DNA of 64,000 bases, taken from positions 1,333-65,332 of the forward strand of contig JBFYOX010000003.1 of the NCBI GenBank assembly GCA_041303615.1. Direction: 5' to 3'. This document shows positions 8,933 through 17,878 of this stretch, piece by piece. Made by a program: the position numbers and the translations under genes. Within the stretch, counting starts at the first letter, position 1. Each line of letters starts with the position of its first letter. Source of the stretch: Actinomycetes bacterium (GTDB lineage: Bacteria > Actinomycetota > Actinomycetes > Nanopelagicales > Nanopelagicaceae). The notes under the pieces were generated by a model. That model worked only from the letters and a program-made list of their open reading frames with translations, was not told the DNA's origin and did not search any database.

Positions 8933-11431
8933 ATGTTTGAGCGCTTTACCGATCGAGCTCGACGAGTAGTAGTTCTTGCTCAAGAAGAAGCACGCATGCT
9001 CAATCACAACTACATCGGCACAGAGCACATCCTCCTTGGCCTCATCCACGAAGGTGAAGGCGTCGCTGCAAAGGGTCTCGAATCTCTAGGTATCTCACTT
9101 GAAGGCGTTCGCGCACAGGTTGAAGAAATTATTGGTCAAGGGCAGCAAGCGCCAAGTGGTCACATTCCATTTACTCCACGCGCAAAGAAAGTTCTTGAAC
9201 TCTCACTTCGCGAAGCGCTGCAACTTGGACACAACTACATCGGCACAGAACATATTCTCCTCGGACTCATTCGCGAAGGCGAAGGCGTTGCAGCACAAGT
9301 TCTTGTAAAGCTCGGCGCAGATCTCAATCGCGTACGTCAGCAAGTTATTCAACTTCTCTCTGGCTACCAAGGAAAAGAGACTGTTACACAAGGTGGACCT
9401 GCAGAAGGAACTCCATCAACATCGCTGGTTCTCGATCAATTTGGTCGCAATCTCACAGCAGCTGCTCGTGAAGGAAAGCTCGATCCTGTTATCGGTCGTG
9501 ATCTTGAAATCGAGCGCGTGATGCAGATTCTTTCTCGCCGCACAAAGAACAACCCAGTGTTAATTGGCGAACCAGGCGTTGGTAAGACAGCTGTCGTCGA
9601 AGGTCTTGCACAAGCAATTGCAAAGAACGATGTTCCAGAGACTTTGAAAGATAAGCAGCTCTACTCACTCGATCTCGGCGCACTTGTTGCCGGCTCTCGC
9701 TACCGTGGAGATTTCGAAGAGCGCCTTAAGAAAGTTCTTAAGGAGATCAAGACTCGCGGCGACATCATTATCTTTATCGATGAGATTCACACACTTGTAG
9801 GCGCAGGAGCAGCAGAAGGCGCGATTGATGCAGCAAGCATCTTGAAGCCAATGCTTGCTCGCGGCGAACTCCAGACAATCGGTGCAACAACTCTCGATGA
9901 GTACAGAAAACACATTGAAAAAGATGCCGCTCTTGAGCGTCGTTTCCAGCCAATCCAGGTGAAAGAGCCATCAGTTGCTCACACCATTGAAATTCTTAAG
10001 GGTCTACGCGATCGCTACGAAACTCACCACCGAGTTTCAATTACAGATGGCGCACTTGCCGCTGCTGCAAATATGGCAGATCGCTACATCTCAGATCGAT
10101 TCCTTCCAGATAAGGCGATCGACCTTATTGATGAGGCAGGTTCACGTCTTCGCATTAAGCGCATGACTGCACCAGCTGAACTCCGCGAATTCGACGAGAA
10201 GATCGCTGAAGCTCGCAAGGCTAAGGAATCTGCTATCGATGGACAAGATTTCGAAGGTGCAGCAGCCCTTCGCGATAAAGAGAAGACTCTTATCGCAGAG
10301 AAGCAGGAAGCTGAGAAGAATTGGAAGGCAACTGATCTCGATAAGGTCACTGAAGTTGATGAAGAACTTATCGCGCAGGTTCTCTCTGCCTCAACTGGTA
10401 TTCCAGTATTTAAGTTAACTGAGGAAGAGACAGCTCGTCTTCTTCGTATGGAAGATGAACTACACCGTCGCGTTATTGGGCAAGATCAAGCGATCAAGGC
10501 GTTGTCACAAGCAATCCGCCGTACACGTGCAGGTCTTAAGGATCCAAAGCGCCCTGGTGGTTCATTTATCTTTGCAGGGCCTTCAGGTGTTGGTAAGACA
10601 GAGCTTTCACGCACTCTTGCATCATTCCTATTTGGAGATGAGACAGCACTTATCCAACTCGATATGTCTGAATACTCTGAGCGCCACACAGCCTCACGAC
10701 TATTCGGTGCACCTCCAGGATATGTTGGCTACGACGAGGGCGGTCAGCTCACTGAAAAGGTTCGTCGTCGTCCATTCTCTGTAGTTCTCTTCGATGAAAT
10801 CGAAAAGGCGCACCCAGATATCTTTAACTCACTTCTTCAGGTTCTAGAAGATGGTCGACTTACAGATTCACAAGGTCGCACAGTCGACTTTAAGAACACT
10901 GTCATCATCATGACAACAAACCTTGGTACTCGCGATATCTCGAAGTCACTCGGACTTGGATTCGCTAATGCAGAAGATGATTTAACAAATTACGATCGCA
11001 TGAAGGGCAAAGTTCAAGATGAACTCAAGAACCACTTCCGCCCAGAGTTCCTCAACCGTATCGATGATGTAATCGTCTTCCACCAGCTCACTAAGGATCA
11101 GATCATCAATATCGTCGACCTCATGGTTGCAAATCTTGATGAGCGCCTAAAGGCGAAAGATATGGGTATCGAACTCACACAGGCAGCTAAGGATCTTCTT
11201 GCAGCGCGTGGTTACGACCCACTTCTTGGTGCGCGTCCTCTGCGTCGCGTTATTCAACGTGAGATTGAAGATGCGCTCTCAGAGCGAATTCTCTTCGGAG
11301 AGCTCAAGGCTGGAGAAATCATCGTTGTAGATGTTGAGGGCGTTGAAGCAGATGCCAAGTTCACATTTGCAGGATCACCGAAGGTGGCAACACCTGATAC
11401 ACCTGAAGATTTAGCGGAAGCGACTAAGTAA
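8933..11431 (+). CDS. clpC: ATP-dependent Clp protease ATP-binding subunit ClpC1
   Basis: [12 protein letters not shown] start, duplicated Clp-N repeats, Walker A GEPGVGKT and [11 protein letters not shown] coiled coil; AAGGAG SD. Confidence 0.98.
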   Translation: MFERFTDRARRVVVLAQEEARMLNHNYIGTEHILLGLIHEGEGVAAKGLESLGISLEGVRAQVEEIIGQGQQAPSGHIPFTPRAKKVLELSLREALQLGHNYIGTEHILLGLIREGEGVAAQVLVKLGADLNRVRQQVIQLLSGYQGKETVTQGGPAEGTPSTSLVLDQFGRNLTAAAREGKLDPVIGRDLEIERVMQILSRRTKNNPVLIGEPGVGKTAVVEGLAQAIAKNDVPETLKDKQLYSLDLGALVAGSRYRGDFEERLKKVLKEIKTRGDIIIFIDEIHTLVGAGAAEGAIDAASILKPMLARGELQTIGATTLDEYRKHIEKDAALERRFQPIQVKEPSVAHTIEILKGLRDRYETHHRVSITDGALAAAANMADRYISDRFLPDKAIDLIDEAGSRLRIKRMTAPAELREFDEKIAEARKAKESAIDGQDFEGAAALRDKEKTLIAEKQEAEKNWKATDLDKVTEVDEELIAQVLSASTGIPVFKLTEEETARLLRMEDELHRRVIGQDQAIKALSQAIRRTRAGLKDPKRPGGSFIFAGPSGVGKTELSRTLASFLFGDETALIQLDMSEYSERHTASRLFGAPPGYVGYDEGGQLTEKVRRRPFSVVLFDEIEKAHPDIFNSLLQVLEDGRLTDSQGRTVDFKNTVIIMTTNLGTRDISKSLGLGFANAEDDLTNYDRMKGKVQDELKNHFRPEFLNRIDDVIVFHQLTKDQIINIVDLMVANLDERLKAKDMGIELTQAAKDLLAARGYDPLLGARPLRRVIQREIEDALSERILFGELKAGEIIVVDVEGVEADAKFTFAGSPKVATPDTPEDLAEATK

Positions 11432-12779
11432 GAAACTTCTTACTTGGATTAAGAATGTTGAGTGGGTCAAAGACTCGCTTAACATCTCGCTGAAGCTGCA
11501 TTACTCTCGGTGAAATCTCATTGGCTATAAGGTGCGCCTTAATTGTGCCTATTCCATGCTCGCCACTTGCAGTTCCGCCAAGTGATTGAGCAATTGCAAC
11601 AATCTTCTCGAATACATCTTTAGCATTTGCTGCTGCAACGCTATCGCCATGATCGTGAACGATTGTTGGGTGCATATTTCCGTCACCTGCATGGCCAAAG
11701 ATTCCAATTACCAATCCCGATTCCTTACTTAGCGCTTCAACGCTCTTCACAAACTCCGCGATCCTGCTGATCGGCAATGCAACATCATCGAGCAGAGTTG
11801 CACCCATTCGTTCGAGCGCTGGATATGCCAACTTTCTAACACGGATTAAATCGGCGGTATCAGCAGGATCTTCTGAGAAGACCCCATCAATCATTTCGAA
11901 ATCTTTACAGATCTTGAGCGCATCATCGCCAAGGCTCTTATTCTCATCTAACTGCATAATCAAGACAGCACCCGATACTTCAAAGCCAAGTGGATGCCAT
12001 GCTTCAACAGCGCGCAGAGTTGTCTGATCAATGATTTCGAGCATCGATGGTCGAAGTCTGAGAAGGGCAGTCGAAGCAGCTGCAGCCTTTTCGATTGTTG
12101 GGAAGGTTGCAATCAAAGTTGCAGGAGGAGCTGGGCGAAATTCCAAGTTGAGCGAGAGTTCAGTAATAATTCCCAAAGTGCCTTCAGAGCCGATAAAGAG
12201 ATGCAATAAGTCGTATGTTGTTACAGATTTCTTCGTCTCTTTACCAAGTTCGATGATCTCACCGCTTGCAAGCACAACCTGCATCGCACGAACGTGTGCG
12301 GATGTAACTCCGTACTTAACGCAGCACATGCCACCCGCATTTGTTGCTGCATTTCCACCTAAAGTCGACCAATCGCGGCTCGCTGGATCTGGGAGATAAG
12401 CCAAACCGAATTCTTTGACTGCGTTATCTAAATCGAGATTGATGACGCCAGCTTGTACTCGAGCAATTCGGTTTACCTGATCGATAGTGATGATCTGATT
12501 CATCTTCTCGAGTGAGATAACTAGAGATTGGCTACTTGCATTTGCGCCACCTGCAAGACCGCTGCCGGCGCCGCGAGTAACAACTGGAATCTTGTTTTCA
12601 TTTGCATATTTGAGAGCAATTGAAATTTCTGCTGCACTCTTAGCAAGCAGAACTGCAAATGGTGGCTGATGTTCGGCAAAGGGAGCTTGATCGTGCGAAT
12701 ACGACGCAGTGATGTCAGGATCTGTAATGAGCGTTGCGCCGTCCCCAAGAATGGCTCGTAAGTTCGCTGCATGGCTCAT
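11424..12779 (-). CDS. FAD-linked oxidase, GlcD/D-lactate dehydrogenase family
   Basis: [56 protein letters not shown]. Confidence 0.88.
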   Translation of the reverse strand: MSHAANLRAILGDGATLITDPDITASYSHDQAPFAEHQPPFAVLLAKSAAEISIALKYANENKIPVVTRGAGSGLAGGANASSQSLVISLEKMNQIITIDQVNRIARVQAGVINLDLDNAVKEFGLAYLPDPASRDWSTLGGNAATNAGGMCCVKYGVTSAHVRAMQVVLASGEIIELGKETKKSVTTYDLLHLFIGSEGTLGIITELSLNLEFRPAPPATLIATFPTIEKAAAASTALLRLRPSMLEIIDQTTLRAVEAWHPLGFEVSGAVLIMQLDENKSLGDDALKICKDFEMIDGVFSEDPADTADLIRVRKLAYPALERMGATLLDDVALPISRIAEFVKSVEALSKESGLVIGIFGHAGDGNMHPTIVHDHGDSVAAANAKDVFEKIVAIAQSLGGTASGEHGIGTIKAHLIANEISPRVMQLQRDVKRVFDPLNILNPSKKFLT

Positions 12780-12788
12780 AGAAGAACT

Positions 12789-13634
12789 CTACCGAGGAAG
12801 AGAATATTTACTCTTCCCTCGAGCCTCGATAAGTCCATCATCGAGCAAGGTTAGAAGTGCTTTCTCGAGTTGAGAAGGCACATCCCAGAGCTGTGCAATC
12901 TGCGACTTTGAAAGCACATCGTTCTCGCGAAGGGCCTGAACAACCGCACCTCGACATTGGCGATCGGTGCCGTGCCAACTCTGTCTACGTTTTACAAGAT
13001 CTGATTTCGGATAATCAAGGCTTCTCCATAAACATTTATCAGCAACTGGACAGATCGCGCACTTAGGGGATTGCGAAGTGCAGATCAACGCACCGAGCTC
13101 CATAGTTGCAGCGGCCCAGATTTGTGGATCCTTCTTTGGAATCAACTCTTCATAGCGAGCTTTCTCGGTCTTTGTCGCAGATGTTGTTGGTGACTCTGCG
13201 CCATCAAATAACCTGACAAAGAGGCGACGAATATTGATATCTAGAACAAGTGAGCGACCTGCAAATGCAAAGGCGACCATTGCCGCAGCTGTGTATTCGC
13301 CAACACCAGGAAGTTTTCGAAGCTCAACTTCTGTTGTGGGAATCTTTCCTTTGTGATCGTCTGTAATTACCTTCGCACATTCGTGAAGACGTAAGGCACG
13401 TCGTGGATATCCCAATCGACCCCAAGCTGTGATTACTTCGGCAGGTGTTGCCTTAGCAAGGTGTGCAGCAGTTGGCCAGCGCTCCATCCATTGGTTATAG
13501 ACCGGCAGGACTCGATTTACAGGTGTTTGTTGCAACATGAATTCAGAGACGAGAATGCCCCACGAATCTGTCTTTCGCCAAGGAAGATCTCGTTTATTCT
13601 TCTTAAACCAGGATGAGATCTCTTTCTCGTACAT
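12789..13634 (-). CDS. mutY: A/G-specific adenine glycosylase
   Basis: RDLPWR, SEFMLQQT, LGYPRRA, HhH LPGVGEYTA, Fe-S motif C-x6-C-x2-C-x5-C. Confidence 0.94.
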   Translation of the reverse strand: MYEKEISSWFKKNKRDLPWRKTDSWGILVSEFMLQQTPVNRVLPVYNQWMERWPTAAHLAKATPAEVITAWGRLGYPRRALRLHECAKVITDDHKGKIPTTEVELRKLPGVGEYTAAAMVAFAFAGRSLVLDINIRRLFVRLFDGAESPTTSATKTEKARYEELIPKKDPQIWAAATMELGALICTSQSPKCAICPVADKCLWRSLDYPKSDLVKRRQSWHGTDRQCRGAVVQALRENDVLSKSQIAQLWDVPSQLEKALLTLLDDGLIEARGKSKYSLPR

Positions 13635-15001
13635 TAATCTCCGGTGATCTTTACACGTTGCAGCGCTTGATCAAGACGAGAAACTTCGACAATCTCCATT
13701 CCATCAATCTTTACATCAGAGCCAGCTGGAACAAGTGCTCGCTTAAATCCAAGTCGATAGGCCTCAGCTAATCTGCGAGAGACGCCGCTTACCTTACGAA
13801 TTTCACCTGCAAGTCCGACTTCACCGATTGCAACGAGATCTGCAGGAAGTGCTAACCCCTTTGCAGCAGATGCAACAGCGAGAGCTAGTGCAAGGTCGGC
13901 GGCGGGTTCTGACATCTTCATGCCGCCGACAGTCGCTGCATAAACATCGCGACCGCCAACGCGAACGTGTGCGCGAAGTTCAAGGACAGCAAGGGTCATA
14001 GATGTTCGCGCAGAGTCGAGGCCGCTTGTGACGCGGCGAGCGTTTCCGAAATCATTCTCACGTCCGGCACTTACCAGCGCTTGGATTTCAGCGAGAAGTG
14101 GGCGTCGACCTTCGAGAGTGACTGTTACGCAAGTACCGGGGACAGGTTCTGCATGACGAGATGTAAATAACCCTGTTGGATCGAGAACACTCTCGATACC
14201 TGTATCACTTAAATCAAAACATCCGACTTCATCGCTTGCACCAAAGCGATTCTTGATTGCGCGAATCAAACGTAAGCGAGAGTGACGCTCGCCTTCAAAT
14301 TGCAGAACAACATCGACGATATGTTCGAGAAGTCGAGGTCCGGCGATTGATCCATCCTTTGTCACATGTCCTACCAGGAGCAGAGTTATATCGCGATCTT
14401 TACAGATACGAATGAGTGCGCCAGCGACTTCGCGAACTTGTGTGACGCCGCCAGGTGCTCCATCTGCAGTAGAAGAACCAATAGTTTGTACAGAGTCGAT
14501 AATCAATAACTGCGGCTTTACCGCATCGATATGTGCAATAACGGCGCCAAGGTCTGTCTCGGATGCAAGGAAGAGTTGTGGGTCAACTGCCTTAATGCGC
14601 TCTGCACGAAGGCGTACTTGTGAAGCAGATTCTTCGCCCGATATGTAGAGCGCAGGAATTCCCTTTGCCGCAGTCTGCGCTGCAACAGATAGGAGGAGAG
14701 TTGATTTACCAACACCGGGTTCGCCAGCTAAGAGAATTGCAGCCCCTGGTACGAGTCCACCACCAAGTACGCGATCGAGTTCAGATACACCGGTTGGTTT
14801 TGCAAGAGCTGCAGATAGATCTACTTCACCGATTGGTGTTGCCTTATTAGTTACAGAACCTGCAACGAGTGAGAGTTTCTTAGGAGCAGCTAGTTCTTCT
14901 ACTGTGCCCCACGCTTGGCATTCGCCGCAGCGGCCGACCCATTTCTGGGATGTCCAACCGCATTCAAAGCAGCGGAATGGATCCTTCTCAACCTTGGCCA
15001 T
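13634..15001 (-). CDS. radA: DNA repair protein RadA/Sms
   Basis: N-terminal C4 zinc finger, GEPGVGKS, KNRFG motif, Lon-like C-terminal domain. Confidence 0.97.
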   Translation of the reverse strand: MAKVEKDPFRCFECGWTSQKWVGRCGECQAWGTVEELAAPKKLSLVAGSVTNKATPIGEVDLSAALAKPTGVSELDRVLGGGLVPGAAILLAGEPGVGKSTLLLSVAAQTAAKGIPALYISGEESASQVRLRAERIKAVDPQLFLASETDLGAVIAHIDAVKPQLLIIDSVQTIGSSTADGAPGGVTQVREVAGALIRICKDRDITLLLVGHVTKDGSIAGPRLLEHIVDVVLQFEGERHSRLRLIRAIKNRFGASDEVGCFDLSDTGIESVLDPTGLFTSRHAEPVPGTCVTVTLEGRRPLLAEIQALVSAGRENDFGNARRVTSGLDSARTSMTLAVLELRAHVRVGGRDVYAATVGGMKMSEPAADLALALAVASAAKGLALPADLVAIGEVGLAGEIRKVSGVSRRLAEAYRLGFKRALVPAGSDVKIDGMEIVEVSRLDQALQRVKITGD

Positions 15002-15027
15002 AGACGTAGGTTAGAGCAGAAGGCTGA

Positions 15028-15837
15028 CTACTTGCCCGCTGCGAGAGTTGCTGGGTGTTGAATCACGAAGAGTGGCAATGAGCGCGCCTGTGCATCCTTA
15101 ATCCCCTGAATCCGGCGGTCGCAATGCTCGGCCAAGATTGCATAGGCATCTTTACCCATCAACTGCTGAAGCTCTGCCTTATTTGAGATGTAGACAGGTT
15201 CGCTTCCAACGTGCGCATCGGTATTGCTTGTGCAGTACCAATCGAAATCATCTCCGCCATCGCCCCAGCCAAGTCGCTCGTACTCGCCGATGACTGTGAC
15301 TGAATATTCGCGCTCGCCGACTTCGCGAGTTTCATAGCTACGACGAAGTGGAAGCTGCCAGCAAACATCTGGCTTTGTATCCACAAAGTGAATCTCTCGC
15401 TTCTGTGCAAGGTGGTGAAGAACGCAACCAAATGATCCGGTAAATCCAGGCGCTTCATAACCCTTACGATTTAAGAAGATACATGCATCATTGACAGTAC
15501 GAGTCTTACGCTCTTTATCTTCATCTAAATCTGTAATTCGTAATTGTCCGCCGGGCTTCTTTGGACGAGCTTCTTCATAGAATTGCCACATATCTGGAGT
15601 CAGGAATTCAGCTGCCTTACGAACGCGAATCTCATCATCTTCATCGGAATACATCGCGCCTTCAGTACAGCAACCATCATTAGGGCGATCTTTAAATACG
15701 CCTTGGCAGCCATCGCCGTAGATGCAGGTCCAAAATGAAGTCAACCAGGTGAGGTCGCACTTAAAGATTTCTTCCTCGTCATTAGGGTCTGTGAATTCGA
15801 CCCAGTCGCGTGCGAAACCTGGCTTTATCTCTGACAT
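15028..15837 (-). CDS. Conserved actinobacterial cysteine-rich hypothetical protein (DUF3109/YkgJ-like putative metal-binding)
   Basis: CIYGDGCQG..DGCC, CIFL, GCVLH, KPDVCWQLP, DWYC cysteine clusters. Confidence 0.7.
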   Translation of the reverse strand: MSEIKPGFARDWVEFTDPNDEEEIFKCDLTWLTSFWTCIYGDGCQGVFKDRPNDGCCTEGAMYSDEDDEIRVRKAAEFLTPDMWQFYEEARPKKPGGQLRITDLDEDKERKTRTVNDACIFLNRKGYEAPGFTGSFGCVLHHLAQKREIHFVDTKPDVCWQLPLRRSYETREVGEREYSVTVIGEYERLGWGDGGDDFDWYCTSNTDAHVGSEPVYISNKAELQQLMGKDAYAILAEHCDRRIQGIKDAQARSLPLFVIQHPATLAAGK

Positions 15838-15845
15838 AGTCGCAG

Positions 15846-15861
15846 AGCCTACGCGTACTCT
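15846..15861. promoter_or_regulatory. Back-to-back -10 elements for divergent, probably leaderless genes (Cys-rich protein and proC)
   Basis: Plus-strand TACTCT 15856-15861 lies 6 nt before the proC ATG; minus-strand TAGGCT 15851-15846 lies 8 nt before ATG 15837; no SD in the 30-bp gap. Confidence 0.62.
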
Positions 15862-15867
15862 TTCGCC

Positions 15868-16683
15868 ATGGCTAATTACAAAGGCATCAAAGAAGTCACA
15901 GTCATCGGTGCCGGAACTATGGGAGAAGCATTTATCGCCGCTCTCATTCGATCTGGCATGAAGCCATCAGTCATCACAATCGTGGTTAGACGTACAGAGC
16001 ATGGCGCAGAGCTTGCGTCGCGCTATGGAGTAACTGTTAAAGGCCTTGCCGAGGCTGTGAGAACTTCAGATGTCATCATTCTTGGAATTAAGCCGCAAGG
16101 TCTTCCAGATTTGCTACCTCAGATCCAACCTTACCTAAAAGCTAACTCTCTTGTGATTTCACTTCTCGCTGGAAAGACAATCGCCGGTATTTCTGAAGGG
16201 CTTCAAGGGCACACATCTATTGCGCGAGTAATGCCAAATACACCGACTTTAATCGGCAAAGGAATGGCGGGTTACTCGCTCTCATCTGGCGTAACTGCTG
16301 AGCAGAAGAAATTTGTTGATCAATTACTTGATGCAACAGGTAAATCGATTGAAATTCCAGAGAATCTTCAAAATGCGCTCACCGGAACAAGCGGTTCTGG
16401 TCCTGCTTATTTCTTTAGATTTGTTGAAGCGATGGTTGATGGGTCTGTGGCCCTTGGGCTTTCTCGAGAAGATGCAACAACTCTTACAATCCAAACGATT
16501 GTTGGCGCAGCAGCGCTGTTGGATGAGTCGGGAGAAACCCCAACTCGCTTACGCGAAAAGGTAACGAGCTTAAAGGGCGCAACTGCTGAAGCACTTGCAG
16601 TATTTGATGAAGCAGGAATTTCTGAGATTGTTGCTCAAGCAATGGCCGCATCAGCTCGCCGTTCAGAGGAGCTTGCACAGTGA
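15868..16683 (+). CDS. proC: Pyrroline-5-carboxylate reductase
   Basis: IGAGTMG, RVMPNTP, SGSGPAYF, LREKVTS..GAT motifs. Confidence 0.96.
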   Translation: MANYKGIKEVTVIGAGTMGEAFIAALIRSGMKPSVITIVVRRTEHGAELASRYGVTVKGLAEAVRTSDVIILGIKPQGLPDLLPQIQPYLKANSLVISLLAGKTIAGISEGLQGHTSIARVMPNTPTLIGKGMAGYSLSSGVTAEQKKFVDQLLDATGKSIEIPENLQNALTGTSGSGPAYFFRFVEAMVDGSVALGLSREDATTLTIQTIVGAAALLDESGETPTRLREKVTSLKGATAEALAVFDEAGISEIVAQAMAASARRSEELAQ

Positions 16684-17870
16684 AGAAGTACCTCACATTA
16701 TTTATCGTAGCCTTGCTCGCCTTTTCAACACCAGCGCATGCAGTACAGAAGAAGATTTCAGTTAAGAAGATTGAAAGAATCACCGCTGTACCGAACGCAG
16801 AATTAATCGTTGCAAATAACTCAACAATTATTTTGGTTTCAAATACCCAGTCAGCAACCTCCGATATTTCTCTTAGCGCTCTAGATTCGTCCGGGAGCAA
16901 GATTTGGGAGAAAACTCTTGACTCGGGATTAGATGAAATCGCCATGGCTGCAACGCGGGATAGCGCTGGAAATCTCTGGCTTGCGGGGTTTACAGCCACT
17001 GCATCAACTCAAGAGACACTGACGCCAACTGTAATTTCTGAGAATCCAGATGCGGTTCTTATCGAACTTTCTGAAGGATCGCGTAGCGACCTCAATCGCT
17101 TAACAATCTGGAAGATTTCATCGGCGGGAGAGTTACTGGCGACGTATTTCTCGACCGAGAATTTACCCGGCCTTGTCAATGGCATTTCACTTACCTCTAC
17201 CGGTTTAACCATTGTTGGTCAGTACAACCAAAGGTCATTTATTCAAAGTGCGAATCTCAGCGGTACCTTCGGGAAGGTTTCCTATATTGGTACTGAAAAG
17301 AGCTCATTTAACTCTGTAGTTCGAAACCCTGATGGCAGCTCAAACGTTTTTGGAATGAGTACTGAAACCCTTGCTGGAAAGAAGTTGGCAGCAAAGCAAG
17401 ATGGAATCCTCGCTAAAATTTCTAAATCCGGCTCTCTCACAAATGTCGTAAGGAGTTCTGCACTTAAGGCACAGAGATCCTGGCTGACTGCTGATTCCAA
17501 CTTCTTATTGAGCGGATATGTGAAAGTCGGCAAAAAAATTGAGAGTGCCATTACAAAATTCACTCCATCTTTTGCACCGGTTTGGACAATCCGAATTCCT
17601 TCCTCCGGGGAAACTTCTGCAATCTCAGCTGGAAAGAACTCCGTTGCTGCAATTTCTTCGAATTCTTCAGTGAATTCAATTTCCGGTTGGAATCCGTCGA
17701 AAGCATCGCTACTACTTCTCACCTTTGATTCGAAAGGGCTAATCACAAGCGCTGTCGGTTCCACTGAACTCGTTGCACCGATAGCTCTCTCTTATTCCAA
17801 AGAGCTTGGAGTAATTGGATTAGCGCGAGCAGCAGATGGATCTGCAGCTCTCATTAAATTAAATAAGTAA
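16680..17870 (+). CDS. Secreted hypothetical protein, probable beta-propeller
   Basis: Sec signal peptide (MKKYLTLFIVALLAFSTPAHA); repeated blade-like segments (LSALDSSGSKIW, RDSAGNLWLAG, ILAKISKSG, LTFDSKG); GTGA overlap with proC. Confidence 0.7.
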   Translation: MKKYLTLFIVALLAFSTPAHAVQKKISVKKIERITAVPNAELIVANNSTIILVSNTQSATSDISLSALDSSGSKIWEKTLDSGLDEIAMAATRDSAGNLWLAGFTATASTQETLTPTVISENPDAVLIELSEGSRSDLNRLTIWKISSAGELLATYFSTENLPGLVNGISLTSTGLTIVGQYNQRSFIQSANLSGTFGKVSYIGTEKSSFNSVVRNPDGSSNVFGMSTETLAGKKLAAKQDGILAKISKSGSLTNVVRSSALKAQRSWLTADSNFLLSGYVKVGKKIESAITKFTPSFAPVWTIRIPSSGETSAISAGKNSVAAISSNSSVNSISGWNPSKASLLLLTFDSKGLITSAVGSTELVAPIALSYSKELGVIGLARAADGSAALIKLNK

Positions 17871-17878
17871 AAATTTTA

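Noticed and set aside
9000-9290. Near-identical direct repeat CACAACTACATCGGCACAGA in clpC
   Set aside because: It is the known duplicated Clp N-terminal domain ([13 protein letters not shown] twice), not a mobile or CRISPR repeat.
12789-13634. MutY looks short (281 aa, no NUDIX-like domain)
   Set aside because: Short MutY of this kind is normal in Actinobacteria; not a pseudogene.
16484-17764. Longer antisense ORFs (171 aa and 160 aa) opposite the secreted protein
   Set aside because: Shadow ORFs with no recognisable motifs; the plus-strand gene has a signal peptide and is coupled to proC. The same applies to the many other 60-155 aa overlapping ORFs in the track.
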